From assembly GCF_009914755.1 (NCBI RefSeq), contig NC_060947.1: a stretch of 64,000 bases of DNA, one strand, 5' to 3'. A program made the position numbers and the translations under genes. Below the pieces are notes generated by a model. It saw only the letters and a list, made by a program, of their open reading frames with translations. It did no database searches and was not told the DNA's origin. This document shows positions 15,892 through 27,709 of this stretch, in pieces. Source of the stretch: the human T2T-CHM13v2.0 reference genome, Homo sapiens. The number at the start of each line of letters is the position of its first letter. Position 1 is the stretch's first letter.

Positions 15892-18800
15892 CATTCCACT
15901 GCCTAAAATGTTCTTCCCCAGATATTTATATGGCCCTTTCCCTTAGTTCATTCCATTCTTTGGCCATACATCATCTTTTCAGAGAGGCTGTGCTTGACCA
16001 CACAATTTACAATAACACCCTCATCATTCTCTATCCCTTTGCTCTATTTTTCTTCATAGCACTTACTACTTTCTGTTTTTGTATTATATATTTATATTAT
16101 ATATATACAAATGTTGATTGTATGTCTCTTCCATTATAATGTAAGTTCCATGAAGACCAATATCTCAACTTGATGATAATTATATCCACAGTGCCTACAA
16201 CACTGCCTACAACACTGCCTGGCACAGAGTAAATACTAAATGATATATGTTTAATATGTATTGAAAAAATGAATGAAGTTTACAGTGTCGGGCTTTATAA
16301 GTTTCATTGTCACATAGTCATAATCAATCTGTTGTTTGGACTTAGTCTTCCACTTAAATAGATTGGCTTACTGCAAAATCTCCATTCTTAATTCTTTATT
16401 TGGACTCATTTCTTATTTGATTTGACTTCATATATTGCCAAGTAATTTTCACAAATGACTCATAGGTAGTATATTCCCTCAATTTTGTTCAAGTTTGGAA
16501 TAAGCTGTCTGTTGCTTTTTTTGGTAGATTGTATTATTGTTAGCAATTATCGACGACTCCTTTTCCAGTAGGAGAGTTATATATCCCTATCCAATTGACT
16601 TTGGAAAGTTTTAAGAAAAAAGGGCAATAGGCAGTATTAGACAGGTCACTTAAAGAGAGATTTGTTGGGATTAAGCAGAAAAGGGGATAGTGGTGAGAAA
16701 GCAACATATATTTGGCACTTACTGGGTTCCAGACACTCATTCGTTCAGCATTAAGCAACCATCTCTATCTACAATTTGTTGGGCCAAGGGATGCTTCACA
16801 AATAAGTTAGTACTTGAGTTGGGTTTTTATGGAAAACCAGGCACTTGCCAGGAACTAACCAGACAACAGGTTAAGCGAGGTGTGGCTATGAAGGGAATGA
16901 CTATTCCAAGCTCAGGGCTCCAGGCTCAGACTTGAAGGCAGTAAATTGCATGGCATATTCTGGAAACCGTGAGCAGTTTGACACTATGCATAGTTGATTC
17001 ATTTAATCCTCAAAGTGACTCTGTGGGAAGGTATTATTATCCCTATTTTACAGATGAAGAATCAGGCATAAGATCAAAGAGCTAGGAAGTGGCAGTATCA
17101 GAATTCCAACCCACTCACATCTTCTGCTTAAGACTTTGTTTCTTCCACTCTACCTTACTAGGGTTTCTGCAGATCCCATGGAGTGACCTTACCAAATCTG
17201 TAACCATAAGCATAACATATAGGAAGTGCTCTAAGACTGAACGAGTGTCACTTTATCTTTTGTCATCAATTAATATATATTAAGCACCCACAAGATTGTT
17301 GGCATTTTAACACAGGAGAGGACAGTTACCGCCCTCATGGAATTCACAATCAAGGTCAAAAGGCAAGCAAACGCTGACAATACGGCTATAAAACCTAACT
17401 CATCCCATTTTCAGCCAATAAAACCTTTCTAGAATGTGAAACAATTGATACCTCCAAATCCATTTGATATAGGTTGTTCTCTGACCTCAGGTGATCCTCC
17501 CACCTCGGCCTCCCAAAGTGAGTTGTTGTTGTTTGAAATAGAGTTCAAACTACTGGGTTGTTTGAAGTAGGGTTAAGCCCTCCAGATTAAAAACAAAAGT
17601 AAAAGTGAAATGACTAGTTGAGAAACAGAAAATTAATTAAACTTTCCAGTGATCCTGTCCCAAAGACAATTATTAAGGCCACTCAGGCTTCTTGGTCTGT
17701 TCTGCTTTCCTACAAATAAAATTCCTTTCCTGACCATTGGACCCCCTTTCATTATAGGTAGCTTTTAAACTTGTTTAGTTTTTGCTTGGTTAGGGGGTGA
17801 GAGATACAGCAAGAAGGGAAGAGAAGGTTTACTGTGCTTTGAATGAACAGGTTTCATCATATGTTAGTTGGTACTCCAAACTTTTAAAATACTTTCAGGA
17901 AAGTGACAATGGCATGGCAATTCTGTTGCCAGCCTCAGTGATGTAAATGCTGGTACAAAATAAATTGCATTGTGCCTTCCAGTTTACTGAGAGCTGACCA
18001 ACAAACATGATATCTAGAGTGGCATCTATTGCCACTGTGATCTGTATTTCAAAGATATGTCTCATTTTAGTTTTCATCAATTAAGCCACTGAAAGATAAA
18101 TAGATCCTAAACTTTCAAGATATACTTTGTTCTAATTACTAAGATTTTTTTTTTTACTACTAAGTTTTGGGGAGGATAACTCAGAAAAATGGTTATTAAG
18201 TACTCAGTTGCCAGGAAAAATACTAATCTGCCTTAGTTTATTTTACAACAGCATACTTCTATTTGCCATGAAATATCTTTATAGTAAACAATGAAACTTT
18301 TCATAATGCTAAGTCCTAATCAAAAATCAATAATGCAATAATTCCCACATAGTTTGTTTTCCCACAATACAAAATCTTGGAGAAGAGCTTAAGGAATTGC
18401 ATATTTCCATGTGAAATACAGCTATATTATACCACTTTGATGTTTTATTATACCATGTGGCTTTACTTTATTGAGGAGGATGAAGAATAGATTAGGGATA
18501 GGTAGATGAGATGATGACATCCATGTCTGATTTCCTGTCAGAGAAAATTAGATATAGTTACATCTGTTTTCAGTCTAATATCCTGATGGACATTTTCAGC
18601 AAGATTTTTTAGGAAAGAAGCACAGGAATTCCACTGCAAGGTATTAATAGGTACAAATTTAAGATTTTGGAAATGAATGCAGTATTATCCTATATATATC
18701 TTTTTAAAAAGATAATGAAGGTAGTGAATGGCCTTAATTATGGCAGAAAAAAAGTTACTATTTGGTTCCTTAGTTGAATACGATCAATAACCAGCCTAAA

Positions 18801-19559
18801 AGGGAAACATTTTGCTCTCCAAACACCCATCCTGTTGCTTCATTTATTATGGTACTCAGTTGGAAGGGTATTACCAGAGGATTTTAAAAAATTATGTAAC
18901 TCACAATGTATTTTTTCGGTCATTAAACAATCACTGAACACATACTATGTGTCAGACACTAAAGCCCTCTGAAGATGAAATGTTATGGAAATAGTAATAA
19001 TAAAAAATTAAAATAGTAACAATAAAAAATTAAAAATGCAAGTGTTAATATTATTAATCTTTCAAGATACAGGTCAAATGACAGCATTCAATTTGCTATT
19101 CTCTTCTCTCTGCTTCTACACCTTGTACAAATATTTTTGTCCATGTTTGTGTACCTACCTACTGAGCTCCCTAAAGAGGTAGAGACCTTTGGGTTATTCA
19201 TTTTTGTATTCCCGAGAGCCTAACATAGGGTTTTTGCTACAGATCAAGCAGGGGGTCAGTAAATGCTAGTTGGAATGAGGGAATTAACATAGTACTGCAC
19301 CATTTAGTATTCAATTAAGAAGATAGTTGTCCAAACACTAAATTTCTTTCTTAAAAGTAGTTACTGTAATGTAGTTGCTCTCTTGTTATCCCAGAACTTG
19401 AATTACCATAAGAAGTTGTGAATTTCTATTTGATTGTATGTATTTTGATTATATTTCAAGATGGTTTATCATCTAGCAAACAGTCTAATAGAGCAGATTC
19501 AAACTTGCAAAATAAATGAAACCTGTATAGTCTCTAAAAGTTTGTATGCCCTAGAAGTT

Positions 19560-20330
19560 CACATTGAATTTCGATGAAAACGACTCGCTTCCCTTCCATC
19601 CAATTGCTTGCGACTGTCTTACCCGATCTTTCCCTTTCCTTTTTTCCCACCCGTTAGCCCTCCGGAAAGAGCCGAACACACAAGAGCTTCCCAGTCTTCC
19701 TCCGCCCCCTTGCGGAAAGAACCGAAGGCAGAGCACGGCGCCGAAGTGGAGCCGCCTCAAGCTCGGGCCCTTCCGGACCACCCCGGCCTGCGCTCGGAAG
19801 AGGAGGGCGCCTTTGGCTTCAGCGCTTCGCCCCCGCGCTGTGCCCTCTGTCGGCGGCGTGGGGCAGCTGTAGCAGCGTTGGCGGCAGGAGGCGGCGGCCG
19901 CGTCGACGTCGACCCAGACTGGAGCGACGTTTAAAGAAGGGGCAGAATCGCTGGGGAGTGCGGCTTCTTCTTGTTGGGGGACTCCCAGCCTTCCGCGCGT
20001 CCGGAGGAGGAGAAGCGGCGGCGCCGGGAAGCAGGTGAGGACCCGGCCCCAATCAGGGAGGGGGCGAAGGAGCGCGCTTGCCTTCTCCGTCCCTGGGCCG
20101 CGCCTGCGTTTGCATTCGCCTCACTTGAACCAGGAAGCGGCAGAGTCGGAGGCTCAGCTCCTCCGGCTCTTTCTTTGTGTGGGCCGGGGAGCGAAGGAGG
20201 GGACGAGCCGCGAGGGCCGCGGCGCGGTCCCCTTCGCCGTTAGGGGCCGAGGGGCTGCCGGTGCCCTGGGTAGGCCCCGGGGCTTGGGGAATCCATCACA
20301 GAGACCCACTTGGCTTTTCCCTCGCCCCTC
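19560..20330. promoter_or_regulatory. ZBTB33 CpG-island promoter
   Basis: Dense CpG, TATA-less, with ETS-type CGGAA/TTCCGG motifs (~19662, 19770, 19796) and CCAAT motifs (~19600, 20049). Confidence 0.85.
19810..20034 (+). other. ZBTB33: ZBTB33 non-coding exon 1 (start approximate)
   Basis: Strong donor GCAG|GTGAGG at 20034/20035 within the CpG island. A matching acceptor lies at 22470. Confidence 0.75.
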
Positions 20331-21725
20331 TCGCTGCTTTTTTGTGCCTCTTTTACTCCCCTAGCCCCTACTTTGATTTAGAGCTTTTCTGCCAGGCCCA
20401 TCCTCCCCTTCCGTCCCCTTCCCGGGGCACAACAATGCCGCCTGCTTCGCTTCATCCCCCCCCCAACACCCCACCCTGCCGTTCGCCACCTTCTACTTTC
20501 CCTGGTACCCCATATTCCTCCCGCCCTCACTCTGCTGTTTGTACCTCCGTCTGTATTTGCAAGAAGCTTGCTTTGCACGTGAATTGGGGTTAAAAACCTC
20601 GGTTGCAGCTGGCAGGGTCCATATGGGGAAGAGGGAGGTGGAGGAAGGGAGATGAGGTTCAGCTGCCGCAGGGAGCCGCGTGTCGGTTTGTTTCACTCCC
20701 TCGCGGATGGCTTTTATCTCTTTCCACCGTCACCAGCTCCTCCGAACTGGCCCTCGGTCAAGGGTTTCACAGTGATGTGGAATGGCTTTTCCACAGTCGA
20801 ATCGCATATCTTCGGAGTGGGTTCAGACCGACTTGTGCTGTCTCTGGGGCCACCCTGAGTGGGAGGAGGGGGACACATAAACGAAACGAAACCGAGTCCC
20901 AGTGTCACCTGGACACGTACATTTGACGCATTCCCATATTGGAAGAACCCGGGAGCAAATGACAAAAATTGCGTGCCGTTTTCAGAAAACCTGTCTTTCC
21001 ACTTAATATCGACTTCTGTCGAAATGCCCGTATTTCGGAAGCCCTGGTTTTTGGCAAACTGTCCAAAGGTCACCCTTTCTGATGATGAATGCCTTTATGG
21101 TAACCTGGAATTCCTTGGTACTGTTAACATGCAACACCTTCTAATAATGTTTTAAATCTTGATTTTTAGACTTTTTGCCTGCTGTTTGTTCTTAAGGTAT
21201 CATTTTGAAAAATTTAGAAGGTATTTGAGACAGAACTGCCCTCCACCTGTATATAACTTAAGCATTGTGACATCGACACCCTTTTGGTAACTTCAAAGGG
21301 AGAGAATATTAATAAAAATATTTCTTCACTAAAAGTACTTGTCAACTAATTGTTAATATATAATATCCATATATTAAAATATATCCATATATAATATGTA
21401 TGGATATTATATATTTTTAATATATGGGTTTTTTTAAACTCTGGCCTCTTTGTTACTGGAAATATCTTCTGCAAAGTGCAAAAAATGATGTTTTGCTAGT
21501 GCTACACAACAATGCATTCTACTGACATCATCCCCTTTTTCTAGAGTAGTCTATTCCAATAAGTTAATGTTTTCATTTTCACTAACTCATTTGGTGTGGA
21601 AAAAATTCTCATACCAATGCATATGATTCTTTACCAACAAAAATAAAATGTTTCGTGTTTTCTTGGAAGTGGGCATTTAGAAATGGTAAACTTTCCTTTT
21701 CCTTTGTCATATTTTTTCATGATAG

Positions 21726-21827
21726 TGTCTGTTGACTTCACTTGGCACTGTTTAACATTCCACCTCTGGAAATTGTAAAGATGGAGAGATGAGGGGAAGG
21801 GACAAGGGGATGAAGAAAGAGGAAAGG
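21726..21827 (+). other. Candidate alternative 5' UTR cassette exon of ZBTB33
   Basis: Polypyrimidine tract plus AG (21724-21725), purine-rich ESE-like body, and donor AGG|GTAAGA at 21827/21828. Confidence 0.5.
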
Positions 21828-22472
21828 GTAAGAAAGATGTTTAATAGTTTATCAAGATGAGGCACCCCAATTTAAATAACAGAAAAATAATGGGACGTTG
21901 GGAGGTAATAATTGTCAGTGTTTATAAATGTCATTGGCTCCAGGGTGTAGATTCTGCATATATTCTTAAAGATTAGTTAAAATTAAGAGTATGTATTTCA
22001 GACACAGTATTGCACGCGCTGAGCTTTTCTGACATTTCAATCATTTACAGGCGAAATAACTTCTGTGTGTTCATGATGATTTTCCTTAATTTTGACAGTT
22101 AAAAGTCAACTCTTACCTCTTCTTGGAGAGAAAACCCAAAATTGGGACTAAGAAAATTAATTCTAATCTTTAAAAATCACTTAGTGGAGGTGCATGTATC
22201 TAATATTCAAAAAAAGGTGACTATGGAGATTACTGTTCAAATCTCTGTAACAATGTAAAACTTGCTCAACTCAGGAGCAAGCCATGAAATTGGACACTTG
22301 TTCCAAAAGCCAACCTGTATGAACAATTTCTGTAAAAGCCAAAAAATTATGCTGAACTTTGGTTAAAACTTGAATAAACTATTTAATGATGCTACTGCTT
22401 AAATTCTAAATAAGTACTTTTGTTTTTTCTCTCTAATCCTCTCCCATCCCCTCCTCTCTTTCTCTTAAAGGC

Positions 22473-24494
22473 ATGGAGAGTAGAAAACTGATTTCTGCTA
22501 CAGACATTCAGTACTCTGGCAGTCTGCTGAACTCCTTGAATGAGCAACGTGGCCATGGACTCTTCTGTGATGTTACCGTTATTGTGGAAGACCGAAAATT
22601 CCGGGCTCACAAGAATATTCTTTCAGCTTCTAGTACCTACTTCCATCAGCTCTTCTCTGTTGCTGGGCAAGTTGTTGAACTGAGCTTTATAAGAGCAGAG
22701 ATCTTTGCAGAAATTCTCAATTATATCTATAGTTCTAAAATTGTTCGTGTTAGATCAGATTTGCTTGATGAGTTAATTAAATCAGGGCAGTTATTAGGAG
22801 TGAAATTTATAGCAGAGCTTGGTGTCCCATTGTCACAGGTTAAAAGCATCTCAGGTACAGCGCAGGATGGTAATACTGAGCCTTTACCTCCTGATTCTGG
22901 TGACAAGAACCTTGTAATACAGAAATCAAAAGATGAAGCCCAAGATAATGGGGCTACTATAATGCCTATTATAACAGAGTCTTTTTCATTATCTGCCGAA
23001 GATTATGAAATGAAAAAGATCATTGTTACCGATTCTGATGATGATGATGATGATGATGTCATTTTTTGCTCCGAGATTCTGCCCACAAAGGAGACTTTGC
23101 CGAGTAATAACACAGTGGCACAGGTCCAATCTAACCCAGGCCCTGTTGCTATTTCAGATGTTGCACCTAGTGCTAGCAATAACTCGCCCCCTTTAACAAA
23201 TATCACACCTACTCAGAAACTTCCTACTCCTGTGAATCAGGCAACTTTGAGCCAAACACAAGGAAGTGAAAAATTGTTGGTATCTTCAGCTCCAACACAT
23301 CTGACTCCCAATATTATTTTGTTAAATCAGACACCACTTTCTACACCACCAAATGTCAGTTCTTCACTTCCAAATCATATGCCCTCTTCAATCAATTTAC
23401 TTGTGCAGAATCAGCAGACACCAAACAGTGCTATTTTAACAGGAAACAAGGCCAATGAAGAGGAGGAGGAGGAAATAATAGATGATGATGATGACACTAT
23501 TAGCTCCAGTCCTGACTCGGCCGTCAGTAATACATCTTTGGTCCCACAGGCTGATACCTCCCAAAATACCAGTTTTGATGGATCATTAATACAGAAGATG
23601 CAGATTCCTACACTTCTTCAAGAACCACTTTCCAATTCCTTAAAAATTTCAGATATAATTACTAGAAATACTAATGATCCAGGCGTAGGATCAAAACATC
23701 TAATGGAGGGTCAGAAGATCATTACTTTAGATACAGCTACTGAAATTGAAGGCTTATCGACTGGTTGCAAGGTTTATGCAAATATCGGTGAAGATACTTA
23801 TGATATAGTGATCCCTGTCAAAGATGACCCTGATGAAGGGGAGGCCAGACTTGAGAATGAAATACCAAAAACGTCTGGCAGCGAGATGGCAAACAAACGT
23901 ATGAAAGTAAAACATGATGATCACTATGAGTTAATAGTAGATGGAAGGGTCTATTATATCTGTATTGTATGCAAAAGGTCATATGTCTGTCTGACAAGCT
24001 TGCGGAGACATTTTAACATTCATTCTTGGGAGAAGAAGTATCCGTGCCGTTACTGTGAGAAGGTATTTCCTCTTGCAGAATATCGCACAAAGCATGAAAT
24101 TCATCACACAGGGGAGCGAAGGTATCAGTGTTTGGCCTGTGGCAAATCTTTCATCAACTATCAGTTTATGTCTTCACATATAAAGTCAGTTCATAGTCAA
24201 GATCCTTCTGGGGACTCAAAGCTTTATCGTTTACATCCATGCAGGTCTTTACAAATCAGACAATATGCATATCTTTCCGATAGATCAAGCACTATTCCTG
24301 CAATGAAGGATGATGGTATTGGGTATAAGGTTGACACTGGAAAAGAACCTCCAGTAGGGACCACTACATCTACTCAGAACAAGCCAATGACCTGGGAAGA
24401 TATTTTTATTCAGCAGGAAAATGATTCAATTTTTAAACAAAATGTAACAGATGGCAGTACTGAGTTTGAATTTATAATACCAGAGTCTTACTAA
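22473..24494 (+). CDS. ZBTB33: Transcriptional regulator Kaiso (BTB/POZ plus three C2H2 zinc fingers)
   Basis: 673-aa ORF starting MESRKLISATDIQYSG, with a BTB motif (FCDVTVIVEDRKFRAHKNILSASS), acidic tracts, a basic KRMKVK NLS-like motif and fingers CIVC/CRYC/CLAC. The acceptor ttaaag|GC lies directly before the ATG. Confidence 0.99.
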   Translation: MESRKLISATDIQYSGSLLNSLNEQRGHGLFCDVTVIVEDRKFRAHKNILSASSTYFHQLFSVAGQVVELSFIRAEIFAEILNYIYSSKIVRVRSDLLDELIKSGQLLGVKFIAELGVPLSQVKSISGTAQDGNTEPLPPDSGDKNLVIQKSKDEAQDNGATIMPIITESFSLSAEDYEMKKIIVTDSDDDDDDDVIFCSEILPTKETLPSNNTVAQVQSNPGPVAISDVAPSASNNSPPLTNITPTQKLPTPVNQATLSQTQGSEKLLVSSAPTHLTPNIILLNQTPLSTPPNVSSSLPNHMPSSINLLVQNQQTPNSAILTGNKANEEEEEEIIDDDDDTISSSPDSAVSNTSLVPQADTSQNTSFDGSLIQKMQIPTLLQEPLSNSLKISDIITRNTNDPGVGSKHLMEGQKIITLDTATEIEGLSTGCKVYANIGEDTYDIVIPVKDDPDEGEARLENEIPKTSGSEMANKRMKVKHDDHYELIVDGRVYYICIVCKRSYVCLTSLRRHFNIHSWEKKYPCRYCEKVFPLAEYRTKHEIHHTGERRYQCLACGKSFINYQFMSSHIKSVHSQDPSGDSKLYRLHPCRSLQIRQYAYLSDRSSTIPAMKDDGIGYKVDTGKEPPVGTTTSTQNKPMTWEDIFIQQENDSIFKQNVTDGSTEFEFIIPESY

Positions 24495-27458
24495 ACTCCT
24501 TTGAAATACTAGAAAGTTTTGTTTTGGATGATGGGGCAGGGGTTTCAGAAGATCTGTAAAACAAATTAAGGTGCGAACAAGTTAATTTGATCTGCCACAT
24601 TATCTGAAGGAAGTGTAGTGGGATTTTTGTTGATAATTTTTAGAAGCAAATTTTCCTGAAAGTTTTGAGTAGAGGTGAGACCCCCTCCCCAAGTATCTGT
24701 TTATATAGTTAGTTTTCAGCTCATTTAAAAGAGGCAAAAATTAAAAGCTTGGAGAGATAGTTTCCTGAATAGAATTTGAAGCAGTCTGAATGTTCTTTGA
24801 AAATAACTGGAGTTATTAGCATACCCTAGTACATCTTACAGCTTTCCCCTTCCATGTTAGCACTTTACTGCTGAATTCTCAATTTTCTTAACATTGAGAC
24901 AATAAATGTGTGTTTTGTCTTGTATATGGCATAAAGAGTAAATAAGTTTTAGAGTTGTTCTGGAAAATGTCAGAATAAGTCAGTACTTGGGTTGTGTAAT
25001 CTGCTAGTCCAAGCGAACAGCAACCTCCTGCTACCCTCCCTCTATGAAAATAGCCATGCAGACAAGTCTCTCATCTGAAGAACAAATTAGATTTAGCTAA
25101 TTAGAATTAATCCTGGCTTTCATTGCCATAGTCTGTAAAAGACTTTGGTGGCTAGACCACTTTATACCTTTGCAGTGTGGTCTCTGGGGGCAAAAAACTA
25201 ATGAAAACAATCTCTGTAATGGCAGATAGGAGGAGATGAAAAGTTCTGTTGCATGGATTTTTAATTCTCTGGCTACCACATAGTAGAGAATGGAATGAAG
25301 ATTTCCTTTTGGCTTCTTAAGGTTAAAAATATTCCCATGAACATGAAAATTTTCAAATTTTGAATCTGAAAGCCACCAAATGTATCTTTATGTATAAATC
25401 CTTGTAAATGATAGATTCCATGGGTGAGACTTTACATATTTTGGGTGGGAGGCTACTGGCATATATTTTTAAATGTTCATATTGCGTAGAATCTCCACTA
25501 GGAAGTCTTTATTTGAAATAGTTGAATCAGTGATCTAGTATTTTCCTTTCGGCAAGATTTGTTAGGTTTTTACCCCTTCTAAAATAAGTTTTATTCCATC
25601 TGCAAATTGCTGCAATATTATAGTAATCAGAAACTACATAAGGAATGTTATATAGGCTTGTCAGTTCCCGTTTTTCTTGACAACAATAAATACCACTTTT
25701 AAAAATGACACATATTTAAACACTTAGAAAATAAAGTTAACACTTACTGAAGTGCTAGTACTAAACTGTGCTAGTACTAAAAGAAAACAGGTTGGAACAT
25801 ACATATAGCCTAGCATTTATAACAGAATTGTTGAACGTCTGTAAATGATTTTTTTTTTTTTTGCAAAGGAAAAAATTGATACTGGAAAAGATTGTTGTGC
25901 ATAGTTATTAGTCATTTGTAACCTTGCTTAAGTATTTCTTAGTCCAACATAGATATTTTCTTTCTCCTGACCATGTATTTTAAAATATAGTCTATTTCTT
26001 GACTTTGAACTTAAAGCTTTAATCATAATTTCTCATGTATACATCGTTCTTCTGATGGTAAGCTGGATTTGAAGGTAGTGGTTTCAGTGTTTCTTAAGTT
26101 GGTAGCTGAGGGTATCAGGCATCAGTTCATGCAATAATACAAGAAAAAAAATCCTTTGCTTGCCAAGAGGTAGAGTGATGTGCATTTATCTGTTTTCTGT
26201 TCTGTAAGTCTAGACCTTCAAACCATTTGTAAACTAACCCCTGGGAAATTTGAAATTACCTGATAACTTAAGACTCTGTGATCTCTGGAATCACCATATG
26301 TTTCTTTTTTGTGTAGATATTAATAACATTACTCTTTGACTATAGTGTGCACTCTGAAATGTACTCAGTGAAAATTTGTTTTGAGTTTCATTAATGCTAT
26401 TTCACCAGTTAGACATAATTACTTCTACCGATGTGAATGATACGGATGCCGGCAGAGCTTCCAGATCTTTCAGACTCAACTGCTAGGTCAATTAGTTTGT
26501 CATAATAAAACTTGGCAGATTCTACAAGTCTATTATGACAAACCAGGAACTAATTCTATAATGGAAAACTATCCATTCTGAATAATAGGTATGTAATTAT
26601 TTGCTGCTGCTGCTGTGCTCTGTAAATTCTGAATATGACATTTAAACTCTGTGCCTACTAAAGGTATCTTCTGGAGTTTTTGGGAGGAGAGAAACTGGAA
26701 AATTAAATTGTATTTTTGCCAGAAGACTCTTACTTGCATGTGTCTCAGGGTCTTCAGTTTTTCTATAAGTTTCCATATCCAAAGTTCAGAATTCATGTGA
26801 AATACTTCTTTGGGGCAAAAGTCCTTCATTCCTGGTATTTATTGGATTGGAAATCTGTAGCAAGATGCTGTTTAAAATTACCATATTGTTTTTTTATCTT
26901 ATACTTAGCTCTCTGGCTATTGAACTTCCTTTTCTTGTTTGAAGTTAGCTTCAAATTTGCTCCTATGCTAAATTACCTGTAAATATTCTGGATAGGAACT
27001 ACTTGAAATAGTAATTTGTTAAAAGATATGACAAAATGAAAATGCTTAAACTACAGAAATTTAAAAATGCCATAACAATCTTGCAAGACTAACTTTAAAA
27101 TATACTTTAAATGATTATTATGATTTTGGTGGTAACGATCCCCCACACACAACCACTATGAAGAAATAATGCCGCATTTTTCCCCCATTGTACCAAAAAG
27201 ATAAAAAAATGGTAAACACTGATCAAGGTATTTTGTATTGTCAAGGCATGCATATTCTAAAGAATTAAATGCTAACTTAACAGCACTGGCTTTCTGGCTG
27301 GTCAACTATATGAAACCTTGTTCATTCCTCCGAGTACTGTAATGTTCACACTTGTACAATCTTCCCTGTCATGACTTTAAGTTCTACTTTTCATTAACCA
27401 TGGCCTGATATTAGTTCTTAGAGCTTCTTGTGGCAAAAATAAAATGATTTAATTCTGA
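24495..27458 (+). other. ZBTB33: ZBTB33 3' UTR
   Basis: Repeat-free AU-rich sequence from the stop codon to AATAAA at 27438, followed by a GU-rich downstream element. Confidence 0.75.
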
Positions 27459-27476
27459 TGTTTGAGTGCGTGTTTT
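27438..27476 (+). terminator. ZBTB33 distal poly(A) signal and GU-rich element
   Basis: AATAAA at 27438-27443, with TGTTTGAGTGCGTGTTTT starting ~16 nt downstream. Confidence 0.75.
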
Positions 27477-27709
27477 ACAAGATTGTCTTTCAGAAATTAT
27501 ATGGGTTTTTATATTGTTTTTCAATTTTTATAGCAGGAGACTGGGGCTGTATTTCTGATGACAGCACGGCAAAATTTCCCACTAGGTTTTATATGTTGGT
27601 TAAAAATGTCCCCTTTTATCTTGAACCCTAATAGTCAAAAGTGAGTCAGCTGCTGTCAGTTGCTTTAGAGCGTTTGCTGTACTTTTATAGCTACCTTGAC
27701 ACAAGTGGA

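Noticed and set aside
17895-18080. 61-aa ORF with VAIDAT...NWK, reminiscent of the Harbinger transposase AIDGT...NRK motif
   Set aside because: The spacing is wrong and no downstream catalytic motifs are seen.
19894-19913. NotI-SalI-AatII-SalI cluster resembling a cloning polylinker
   Set aside because: It is embedded seamlessly in the CpG island with no vector sequence, so it is treated as natural.
19551-21155. Many overlapping ORFs around the ZBTB33 promoter
   Set aside because: These are expected in stop-poor GC-rich DNA. Most have non-ATG starts and no recognisable domains.
25026-25033. TCCTGCTA Kaiso binding-site match in its own 3' UTR
   Set aside because: A 7-of-8-specified motif is expected several times by chance in 64 kb.
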